A DNA stretch of 64,000 nucleotides from positions 92,835 to 156,834 of the forward strand of contig CAVUZH010000008.1 of NCBI GenBank assembly GCA_963745835.1. Reading direction: 5' to 3'. The first letter of the stretch is position 1, and each line of letters begins with the position of its first letter. Made by a program: the position numbers and the translations under genes. Shown in pieces: positions 31,325 through 39,431 of this stretch. This DNA is from an uncultured delta proteobacterium. Its GTDB lineage: Bacteria > Desulfobacterota > Binatia > UBA9968. The notes under the pieces were generated by a model that saw nothing but the letters and a program-made list of their open reading frames with translations, did no database searches and was not told the origin of the DNA.

Positions 31325-31582
31325 GTGATGAATCAAATGCAACGAAAGCTCTTTCTTATTTTTTTCTTGGTGTTGGCAGTCTTGGTCGGGAGTCTGACCG
31401 CAATAATTTCATATCTAATCTATCGAGGTGATTTAGTGAGGTACGGAGATATCTTTGATCGTATCGCTTTGGAGCAAATACAGGGCGGGGGTAAGCTAGC
31501 CGTTTTTATGATCTTTGGAATTACTCTGATGGCAATTCTGGTGATCATCGGTCTCTGGAAATTCTATGGGGGTGACGCGTGA
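31325..31582 (+). CDS. hypothetical two-TM small membrane protein (85 aa)
   Basis: Two clear hydrophobic spans. Lies in the AT-rich orphan region. Confidence 0.3.
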   Translation: MMNQMQRKLFLIFFLVLAVLVGSLTAIISYLIYRGDLVRYGDIFDRIALEQIQGGGKLAVFMIFGITLMAILVIIGLWKFYGGDA

Positions 31583-32095
31583 AACGCGTGTTAAGAATAA
31601 GCGGGTGAAGTAGGGCGACAAGATCATATGCTTGCGATCAGACACCTTCGTGTACGTCCTAATGGGCGCCTAACAATAGTAATTTCGGTTCTCGGCAGTC
31701 GCTCAGCAGAGAAAACCATCGTTTTCGCACCCTCTTTGATAGCATGACTGGGCATTAAGGTTAGTCTTCTGCGTGCGTCTTGATATGCTGCCTGACTATT
31801 ACATAATAAATATGTTTGAGCTCCAACACCAGCCAGCTCACTTCACAGGAATCGTCACACGGCACTTTACACATGCCCGTTCCGGCCACTCACCATCACA
31901 CCCACGGCCACCAATCACAGGCCGTCCTATCAGGCTAGTATGCGCACGGCCGTATCGTTAAAATGTTCGGAACAAGTATGGTTGGTTGCTGACCGGCGAG
32001 TGACAGTTTTTGCTACGTAGCGACATTCGTCAAGTTCGGAAATTCAAGATTTACTTCAGGCTACTGTATTCTAGGCAAGGGGAGAAATCCGGGAG

Positions 32096-32398
32096 ATGTC
32101 CGACGTTACCATTCGAATCGTAGATCTCGATTACGCCGATCAACAGATGCAGTCTGGGAAGTGGACTTTAGTATCCCTGCGGAAAGGTGAACAGCATTTC
32201 TCATTTCCATCGCCAACCAGGTATACCGGACTTTACAAGCCGCTGTATTCGTTTAAGCCAGGTCCAGACCAGGTTTCTCGGCGATTTAACGTCTTCATTT
32301 TTGCGCGGAATGTGGCACTTTACACAAAATATTCGACTACGGCGTATCGCTACTGGATGGACAGTTGCAGTACGCGTAGTAGCGTCCTTCTACGATAA
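32096..32398 (+). CDS. hypothetical protein (100 aa)
   Basis: ATG preceded by GGGAG. No recognisable motif. Confidence 0.3.
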   Translation: MSDVTIRIVDLDYADQQMQSGKWTLVSLRKGEQHFSFPSPTRYTGLYKPLYSFKPGPDQVSRRFNVFIFARNVALYTKYSTTAYRYWMDSCSTRSSVLLR

Positions 32399-32528
32399 GC
32401 GAAATCGGAATAGTGCTTGAAGACATAGATCGCGCCTCACCAAAGGATATAATTAAGGCGAGGTATTAAGGCGACGAAAAATTGAAAGACTTAAATTAGA
32501 GTCGTATAACAGTCGCACAACCTGCATT

Positions 32529-32957
32529 ATGCGACCATACTCGAATCGAGGTAGTGGGATGGCCTTTACTATCGACCAAATTAAGACATACCGCCGTTGG
32601 TTTGGATGGGGGTTTGTCGGATCATTTTTAGTGTTCGCGATTCTATTAGCTGTTGCGCTGATGCCGGCGGCTCCTAGTGGTTATACTCTACCTGATGATA
32701 ATAGGATGTCGCCACCGCTTAAGGCCGAGATGGTGCTGGCACTTGGCTTCTTTGTAACTTCTCTTACAACGCTTATCGGATTCGTAATTACCACGATTAT
32801 TATGTGGCGCAAAGAACCGATAAAGAGTAACCACGCGAGTATTGAGTTGGAGAAAAAGCAACCAGCGCTTGACAAACTTCGTCGAGAGATCGCCGATAAA
32901 AACGCCGCTGCTCAAGAAAAAAGGAAGAAAACGACTAAGCCAAAGCGCGTCGTTTAA
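32529..32957 (+). CDS. hypothetical two-TM protein with Lys-rich coiled C-terminus (142 aa)
   Basis: Two hydrophobic spans, then ELEKKQPALDKLRREIADKNAAAQEKRKKTTKPKR. The start could be the internal ATG (MAFTIDQ). Confidence 0.4.
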   Translation: MRPYSNRGSGMAFTIDQIKTYRRWFGWGFVGSFLVFAILLAVALMPAAPSGYTLPDDNRMSPPLKAEMVLALGFFVTSLTTLIGFVITTIIMWRKEPIKSNHASIELEKKQPALDKLRREIADKNAAAQEKRKKTTKPKRVV

Positions 32958-33054
32958 TCTTCCCACGCCGGTCACCGGAGGTGCTGAACTACGGCCACAG
33001 GGACTCCCAACTCGGTTTACCGGGTTTTCCCGTCCTAAAACAACGATTTTGATC

Positions 33055-33430
33055 GTTTGCTTACAATCGAGCGATTTCAAGTTTCACAGCAAAGACCCCT
33101 CTTTGGCTTCGACCGGCACGCCGGTCAGTTTGGCGCCTGCGCTGAGCGGAAATCCGCGGGGGCGCTATCACCTGCTAAGGATCGGCGGAGGAGCGTTAAA
33201 CTGATGCGGTTAAACACCGGCCTCCCTCTTTGCGAAATGACGAGCATGAGTGTTTCAGACGGACACCATCCATGGACTAAAAACTTTTCGCATAATGCCC
33301 TCTTTTCGAAGCAACGATCGAGAAGAGCCGACATGCCGAAATAAGGATCCCAATCAATCGCCCATGGGCGACATTTTGAACTCCTGAACCGTGACCATGT
33401 TATGCAGCGTATTCACCAAGCGCTGCACAT
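33055..33430 (+). repeat. direct repeat R2, copy b
   Basis: See 21045..21420. It contains an orphan copy of the last 45 codons of the 1038-aa gene (33070-33204) and overlaps the 3' end of intact mgtC. Confidence 0.85.
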
Positions 33431-34049
33431 TGGCAGCGTTGTCAGTCCGAATCACCATGCCGTACTCCGAGAAGCCCCGGTTTTTATCATGATGGTAGTT
33501 CATATTGGCTATAGTAAAGCCATGCTCGCCGATTAACCGCTGCAGTTCTTGTTCAGAATTCGGCGCATCCCGGGGCAGTTTCACTTCTAATCGAGCGTAG
33601 AACTGGACGGGCATCTTGGCTTCGATCCATCTGAAAACTGAAAGAGTGCCCAACGTAAGCACAGTGGCGACGATGACAGGAAAGTAGAAGCCAATGCCTG
33701 CGAGAATGCCAATCGCTGCGGTGATCCAGATTGAGGCCGCGGTCGTCAGACCGCGTACAGTCAATCCCTCTTTGAAAATTACGCCAGCGCCGAGAAAGCC
33801 AATGCCGGTCATGATGCCTTGTGCCATGCGCGTCGGATCTACACTAACGCTGCCCGATACAGGATCAGGAAACCATCGTCCCGGATAGAGCGTCACCAAC
33901 ATCAAAGTGCTGGAGGCGATGCAGACTAAAGTGTGGGTCCGGAAACCCGCCGGGCGACCGTGGTAGCTCCGCTCGAGGCCGATCAGTGCGCCTGCTGTAA
34001 GAGCCACAAGTAAATGTTCAAGTATCGTCCTGGTTTCGGCTTGCATCAT
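33354..34049 (-). CDS. mgtC: MgtC/SapB-family membrane protein
   Basis: GLERSYHGRPAGFRTHTLVCIAS, GIGFLGAGVIFKEG, RGLTTAASIWITAAIGILAG, plus a soluble ACT-like C-domain. Confidence 0.85.
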   Translation of the reverse strand: MMQAETRTILEHLLVALTAGALIGLERSYHGRPAGFRTHTLVCIASSTLMLVTLYPGRWFPDPVSGSVSVDPTRMAQGIMTGIGFLGAGVIFKEGLTVRGLTTAASIWITAAIGILAGIGFYFPVIVATVLTLGTLSVFRWIEAKMPVQFYARLEVKLPRDAPNSEQELQRLIGEHGFTIANMNYHHDKNRGFSEYGMVIRTDNAANVQRLVNTLHNMVTVQEFKMSPMGD

Positions 34050-34156
34050 TCGAAGCTCCTTGCGGCCTTCCTAAACCGGTGCTCTAAAGAACATAACAAC
34101 AGGAACCTACCGGGCTCGCCGTGCGGACCGCCACCAGGCAATACAGCGTACCAGGA

Positions 34157-36085
34157 TCAAAGGTTATCGATTTGTACCGGCTGGATATCATCGGCCAGAC
34201 CGAACCCGAATACTTTCGAATAGAAGTAGAGTTCGGCCTCCAAAACTCGCTTGATATTCTCCGCCTTGCGAAACCCATGCTGCTCGCCGTCGAATGTAAG
34301 ATACGCCACGGGTAGTCCCTTGGCACGCACTGCCTCGACCATCATCTCCGCTTGATTCGGCGGCACAACCTTATCTTCCAAGCCTTGAAAGAGAATCATC
34401 GGACAGGCCAGAAGCTCGGTAAAGTGAATCGGCGATCGTTCGATGTAGAGATCACGCCGTTCCGGATAGGGACCAATCAGCCCGTCAAGATAGCGCGATT
34501 CGAATTTGTGCGTGTCCTTTGCCAATGCCTCCAAATCGCTTATGCCATAGTGGCTTGCGCCGGCTTTGAACGTGTCGCGAAAAGTCAGCGCGCATAGCGT
34601 CGTATAGCCGCCGGCGCTGCCCCCTCTAATCGCCAGCCGGTTGCCGTCGACCTGGCCGGTTTCTGCTAAATATCGAGCGCCGTTGACGCAGTCATCGACA
34701 TCGACGATTCCCCACCCGCCTTTCAGCAGTTCTCGATAGGCGCGCCCATAGCCCGAGCTGCCACGGTAATTGACGTCGAGCACAGCAAGCCCTCGACTGG
34801 TCCAATATTGAACTGAGTATTGCAGCGACGTCGAAGCGGCCGAGGTCGGTCCGCCATGACTCATCACCAGCAGCGGCGGCTTTTCATTTTCACGGCCCAC
34901 GCAATCGCGATTCTGTGGCGGATAGAAAATTGCGTGGGCCGTCTCACCGTTTTCGGTCGGAAACTCCAGCGGCCTCGGCGTGGAGAAGTATCCAGGCTCT
35001 AGCTCGACCTGTCGGGAGCGGCGCAGTACTTTGAGAGCGCGCGTAGCGAGGTTCACCTCGACAACACAGGTTGGCTCAGTCGCAGACGCGGCGATTAACA
35101 CGGCTCGACCAGCCGCTGTTTGAACACGCGAGATTGCCGAATAGGCTAACTCCAATAGCGCCAGCACGCCCGTCGTGGTATCGATCTGGGCTAAGTACGA
35201 TCGGCCGGATTTTGAGTAGCTGCAGATAATTTTCGATTCGGAGTCGAAGGCGTACAGCGAACCGCCGAATACCCACTGCGGCTGGCCAAACTCCGCTTCC
35301 ATCGGGCACACTGCTTCTACTCGGTTTTTCGTCCAGCGATATAGATTCCACCAGCCGGTGCGATCAGAAGTAAAATAGAGCGTCCCGCCCGGCGACCACT
35401 CCGGCTGGAAAATGGATTCCGCCGGCCCGCCTGCAATTGCTCTTGCCTGATTCACCGAACCGTCGGGGCTCAATTCCCCGACCCAAAGTTCAGTACCGTC
35501 CCACGGCATGGCCGGATGATTCCACGTCAGCCAAGCGAGTCGAGAGCCGTCCGGGCTCAAACGTGGCGAAGAGTAAAAGTCATTTCCAGAAACCAAAACT
35601 CTTCCCGAGTTTTCCTGATCGAGCTCGATGCTAACCAAAGTATTAACCGTCTGGCCAGGGACGCTATGGTCCTCGCGCACGCAAAACAATCGATTCCCAT
35701 TCGGGTGAATCACACCATCTGCATAGCGCAGCTCTCCTGCTGGCGTTAGAGACTTGAGTTCGCTCCCGGCACGTTGCAAATAGAGCCGCTGATCGGCAAA
35801 ATTCGCGAACACAACCGTTTCGGCTAAAACCGCAAAGTCTCCGCCTCCATATTCGTGCACCCGCGTCCGAGCGTTAAATGGCGAAGGCGTCACATCGACG
35901 ATTGTTCCGTCGGAAGAATATCGGACGACGACCTTTCTCCCACCATCTCGAGCTCGCCTCTCGATCCAATACACGTCATTGCCATCAATCTTTACCTGCT
36001 CGAGCCCAACCTCACCTCGAGCGACAAGGTCCGCGGCAATTGGCGACTTCCACGAGCCGTAATTCGCTAGCTGCGCAGCGGCCAT
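34157..36085 (-). CDS. S9-family serine peptidase (prolyl oligopeptidase / acylaminoacyl-peptidase type)
   Basis: N-terminal propeller-like repeats. Catalytic motif IRGGSAGGYTT. C-terminal ...FDGEQHGFRK (His). Confidence 0.85.
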   Translation of the reverse strand: MAAAQLANYGSWKSPIAADLVARGEVGLEQVKIDGNDVYWIERRARDGGRKVVVRYSSDGTIVDVTPSPFNARTRVHEYGGGDFAVLAETVVFANFADQRLYLQRAGSELKSLTPAGELRYADGVIHPNGNRLFCVREDHSVPGQTVNTLVSIELDQENSGRVLVSGNDFYSSPRLSPDGSRLAWLTWNHPAMPWDGTELWVGELSPDGSVNQARAIAGGPAESIFQPEWSPGGTLYFTSDRTGWWNLYRWTKNRVEAVCPMEAEFGQPQWVFGGSLYAFDSESKIICSYSKSGRSYLAQIDTTTGVLALLELAYSAISRVQTAAGRAVLIAASATEPTCVVEVNLATRALKVLRRSRQVELEPGYFSTPRPLEFPTENGETAHAIFYPPQNRDCVGRENEKPPLLVMSHGGPTSAASTSLQYSVQYWTSRGLAVLDVNYRGSSGYGRAYRELLKGGWGIVDVDDCVNGARYLAETGQVDGNRLAIRGGSAGGYTTLCALTFRDTFKAGASHYGISDLEALAKDTHKFESRYLDGLIGPYPERRDLYIERSPIHFTELLACPMILFQGLEDKVVPPNQAEMMVEAVRAKGLPVAYLTFDGEQHGFRKAENIKRVLEAELYFYSKVFGFGLADDIQPVQIDNL

Positions 36086-36174
36086 AAACTTCCTCTTCTT
36101 TGAAGATGCACGATCAAATTTACCATCCGACTCTGCGATGCGTTACCGGAAATTTCCGATCTGCCCAGAACTTA

Positions 36175-36445
36175 TCATAGCACCGGCGCCAGCCGCACCC
36201 ACATAATCTGGAAGACGATGTTACCTGCGGCAAAAAGCGCGGCGGCACCTTGTTAACTTGTCAGGTGAATCAAGCTGTGCCCAACCCGCAGCGCGACATA
36301 GCTGCAGGCGAGCACTATGAAATTTACATCGGTGCGGCCCATGAACATGACGGCAAGACAGATGAACTAGAACAGCGACGGCAGCTCGGTCAGATTGCGA
36401 AAAATGATTGCCGCTCTTTTGAACGGATTGCGTCTGTATTGTAAA
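36175..36445 (-). pseudogene. MAPEG-family membrane protein remnant with two in-frame stops
   Basis: One frame reads ...RNPFKRAAIIFRNLTELPSLF-TAG-FICLAVMFMGRTDVNFIVLACSYVALRVGHSLIHLTS-TAA-QGAAALFAAGNIVFQIMWVRLAPVL*. No N-terminal TM or start codon is present. Confidence 0.4.
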
Positions 36446-36478
36446 TTCTCATCACACCCTCTCTCCGACTTTGACGCC

Positions 36479-37507
36479 TTACGCCAGCGGCGGTAACCCA
36501 TCATTTTGCGGCTCATAATCGCGATCTTCTTTGCGCCGCTTGCCCACCGATTCATCTACACTCTCGTTGCCGAATGGGCTTGCACCGATGGCGCGATAAT
36601 GACGCGGGTTTTTCTTGGCGTACACGCCACCGAGAAATTTCCCGTAAGAATCGGTAAAGGCGCCGCGGTAGTTATTTGGTCCCACCGTGATCAAGTCAAG
36701 TGCCAGCCCCGCAGCGGCGGCGTTGTCTTGCATCCATCGCAGTGCGAGGTCGGATAACCGGCGATCTTCGTAGCCGCCGCCGACATCGCAGTGTGCGCCA
36801 AGAAACCAGCGCTGTTGCAGAGCCTGCTCCGGCTTTACTTCGGGATTCCACAGGCAGGCATCGTAATCGACTCGGTGCTCGTCGACGGCGATCGCGTGAC
36901 AGGCGTTTTCAACGATCGCGCTGAGTCGGGTATCGTGAAACTCATAAAAATGCATATTCCAGCGCTTCAACAAATCTAATGGGATGCCGAGCGCGCCCAC
37001 AGTATCCCAAACTCCAAGAAACTTTATCTTGATTTCGCGCGAGAACCGGTTTTTGAATTGCAGCGCGGTGGGCGAATCTGGGCCATCATCTCGGGTGCGG
37101 TAAATGCCATACGCCATAGCGATTCGCAAAGGCAACTGTTTGTTCTCCACCAAGCCGCAGTTTCGAATCATGCCAACGAGACTTCTCGCGGTATAAGCGC
37201 CGCGGCTGAAACCAAGCACGTAAACTTCATCGCCTTCACGATACTTTTGGGCGAGAAATTTGTAGCCATCGAGAATATTCTTCTCGAGTCCAACTCCAAG
37301 CCCGCCGCCGATAAACCGATCATACCATTTTGTGCCGACACCCTCATCGTACCATTTGAGCTGCTGCGCGCCGTCGGCGCCGGCCTCCTTAACCGACTTG
37401 TAAAACCGGCACACGTTGGTTTCGACCTGCTCGTTTGCAGCCAAGTTCTCATCGGCTGGTTTGTTCCAGGTGCCGTCAAAACAAAGAACTATTCTTCTCA
37501 TGGTCAT
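36479..37507 (-). CDS. DUF2235 (Tle1-like) alpha/beta-hydrolase-domain protein
   Basis: IVLCFDGTWNKP start and GFSRGAYTARSLVGMI nucleophile-elbow text, typical of DUF2235. Confidence 0.8.
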   Translation of the reverse strand: MTMRRIVLCFDGTWNKPADENLAANEQVETNVCRFYKSVKEAGADGAQQLKWYDEGVGTKWYDRFIGGGLGVGLEKNILDGYKFLAQKYREGDEVYVLGFSRGAYTARSLVGMIRNCGLVENKQLPLRIAMAYGIYRTRDDGPDSPTALQFKNRFSREIKIKFLGVWDTVGALGIPLDLLKRWNMHFYEFHDTRLSAIVENACHAIAVDEHRVDYDACLWNPEVKPEQALQQRWFLGAHCDVGGGYEDRRLSDLALRWMQDNAAAAGLALDLITVGPNNYRGAFTDSYGKFLGGVYAKKNPRHYRAIGASPFGNESVDESVGKRRKEDRDYEPQNDGLPPLA

Positions 37508-37601
37508 CCCTTCTATGCGGAATTAAGCCATTTTTCAGCGTAGCCATTTCGAAATTCCCAACATCATACGCCATGTGCCGGAACCGGAATGATCGCCCCC
37601 G

Positions 37602-38669
37602 CTACAATAATCTCGGCATGTGCGCAAACGCGCTCATCTCGTGGGTCAGCGCGATGGGCTGAGATTTACATAAGTACTCGGGCTTTAGCTGATCGATGCG
37701 GGTTACACCGAGAAGCGCCATGGAGGTGATGATCTCGCTTTCGAGAATTTCCAATACCCGCACTAAGCCTTGCTGTCCCCCCGCTCCGAGGCCCCAGCCT
37801 TGAAGCTTGCCGATGGCCACAGCCTGGGCGCCAAGCGCGAGCGCTTTCAACACATCGCTGCCGCGCACGATGCCGCCGTCCAAAACCACCGCGGCTCTGC
37901 CGGCCACGGCTTCGACGATTTCCGGCAGCATCTCGAGCGTTCCCCGGTTGTGATCGAGTTGGCGTCCGCCGTGATTGGATACATAGATTGCGCTGACGCC
38001 ATGTTCGACAGCCAATGCCGCGTCTTCGGCGGTCGCAACTCCCTTGAGAATAAATGGCAGACCGGCGAACTTTTTGATCGCGACCATTGTCTCCCAAGTG
38101 ATCGCGGAGCGGTGCTCGTATCCCGATAAGCGCCGACTCGGCGGCAGCCAGCGATCCATCATCTGGCGCTCGCGCCTGCCGTAGTATGCGGTATCGACAG
38201 TCAAACAGAGAGCCTGATAACCCGCAGTCTTGACCCGAGCCAGAAGAGTCTCCACCCATCTCATATCGCCTTGGACGTAAAGCTGGAAAATTTTCGGGTG
38301 CGGCGTTGCCGCAGCGGTCTCCTCGAGGCTCGGCTGGGTAACCGAGCTGACGAAGTTAAGCGTGCCGAACTCGTGCGCAGCTTTGGCGACAGCCACGGCG
38401 CCTTCAGGCGTCATAATCTGCAGCGAACCGATCGGCGCCAGCATGACCGGAATTCTGAGCCTGTTCCCGAGAAACATTGTCGACGCATCGATCTTCGGCA
38501 CTTCGACGAGCACGCGGGGGCGCAATGCGAGACTATCTAGCGCGAGCCGGTTACGGCACATGGTCGTCTCCGACTCGGCGCCGCCAGTCAAATAATGCCA
38601 GACATGCTGGCTTAGATTGCGTCTCGCCTGGGTGATGATTTCCTGAGTCGTGACGAAGCTCGATGGCAT
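37602..38669 (-). CDS. FMN-dependent alpha-hydroxy-acid dehydrogenase/oxidase (lactate/glycolate/mandelate type)
   Basis: Family text including the active-site stretch IYVSNHGGRQLD and VLDGGIVRGSDVLKALALGA. Confidence 0.85.
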   Translation of the reverse strand: MPSSFVTTQEIITQARRNLSQHVWHYLTGGAESETTMCRNRLALDSLALRPRVLVEVPKIDASTMFLGNRLRIPVMLAPIGSLQIMTPEGAVAVAKAAHEFGTLNFVSSVTQPSLEETAAATPHPKIFQLYVQGDMRWVETLLARVKTAGYQALCLTVDTAYYGRRERQMMDRWLPPSRRLSGYEHRSAITWETMVAIKKFAGLPFILKGVATAEDAALAVEHGVSAIYVSNHGGRQLDHNRGTLEMLPEIVEAVAGRAAVVLDGGIVRGSDVLKALALGAQAVAIGKLQGWGLGAGGQQGLVRVLEILESEIITSMALLGVTRIDQLKPEYLCKSQPIALTHEMSAFAHMPRLL

Positions 38670-38679
38670 AAGATTACCT

Positions 38680-38865
38680 CGTGTTTACGTGTTCGTGTCG
38701 GGGAAGTACCGTGTTCGTGATTCGGAAGAAGCCGTGCTCGTGTACGTGACTCGCAAACCGCTGTTATTCGCCCCCATGCCCAAATCTCTTTTTCCGCTCA
38801 GACCACGAACACGGCACTTTTCACACCACGAACACGATTTTTTTCCGAGTCACGATTACGTCTGA
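38680..38865. repeat. periodic palindromic element: 3 x CGTGYTCGTG units (38688, 38710, 38733) facing 3 x CACGAWYACG units (38804, 38827, 38851)
   Basis: Decamers read directly from the sequence. Spacing is 22-24 nt on each arm and the arms are symmetric about ~38773. Confidence 0.8.
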
Positions 38866-38887
38866 ACTCGAAAACACTATATGGGTC

Positions 38888-39262
38888 TCACCGAGAATGT
38901 GATTTCGATTTCTCATTCAGCGATTGCGACAGGCGCAAAAGCATTCGGATAACGCGGTCGTAACCGGAGCGCAGTTCCAGGTAAGTTTCATTTGAAATGT
39001 ACTTCAAATCCCGCGCGAGAAGCAGTTGATAACATACTTCCCCTGCCGACCCTCTAGCGATTCCAACAAACTGCCGATATTCACGGCTACCTAACCTCAT
39101 AGCTCCTTCCATCAGGTTCATGCCCACTGAAGTTGCCGCTCGTCTGGTCTGTTCAATGAGGCTGAACAATTCTCTTTTCGGAAAAGCTTTCGTTATCAAA
39201 TAAATTTTGAGCGCCAGCTCATGAGCGAGCTTGAAGACATCAAGATCTTCCACCCGATTCAT
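38888..39262 (-). CDS. four-helix-bundle protein (23S rRNA intervening-sequence protein / Avd-like family)
   Basis: 124 aa. Family-typical text: FKLAHELALKIYLITKAFPKRELFSLIEQTRRAATSVGMNLMEG...GSAGEVCYQLLLARDLKYI. Confidence 0.85.
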   Translation of the reverse strand: MNRVEDLDVFKLAHELALKIYLITKAFPKRELFSLIEQTRRAATSVGMNLMEGAMRLGSREYRQFVGIARGSAGEVCYQLLLARDLKYISNETYLELRSGYDRVIRMLLRLSQSLNEKSKSHSR

Positions 39263-39335
39263 CGTTGCCTCCTGCGTTAAATCAACTCGCGATTAGATTC
39301 TTTCTCTCGCGGCCCCTCGTTCTTCTTTTTCCCTG

Positions 39336-39428
39336 ACGATCACGTTGCACGAACACGTAACTTTCCCAAGACGATCACGCTTTTCGATTCACGATCACGA
39401 GCACGATATTTCTCCGATCACGATCACG
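39336..39428. repeat. one-armed array of CACGAWCACG units (39348, ~39371, 39390, 39419)
   Basis: Same motif and orientation as the right arm of 38680..38865. No facing arm lies between it and the four-helix-bundle gene. Confidence 0.7.
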
Positions 39429-39431
39429 TCC

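Noticed and set aside
32842-33344. ORFs 32842..33204 and 33057..33344 as genes
   Set aside because: Their only meaningful text is the duplicated 45-codon tail of the 1038-aa gene (repeat R2). The upstream part reads through intergenic DNA and the end of the 142-aa gene in another frame.
36175-36445. In-frame TAG/TAA as evidence of stop-codon reassignment
   Set aside because: TAG, TAA and TGA all terminate well-supported neighbouring genes at the expected positions (for example aroG TAG and sufB TAA). The relic also lacks a start, so simple nonsense decay is the better reading.
37666-38259. 197-aa minus-strand ORF and several plus-strand ORFs inside the alpha-hydroxy-acid dehydrogenase gene
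   Set aside because: These are alternative frames of a well-supported gene with Arg/Gly-rich nonsense translations.
38888-39262. Four-helix-bundle gene as the Avd component of a diversity-generating retroelement
   Set aside because: No reverse transcriptase ORF and no template/variable repeat pair are visible in the surrounding kilobases.
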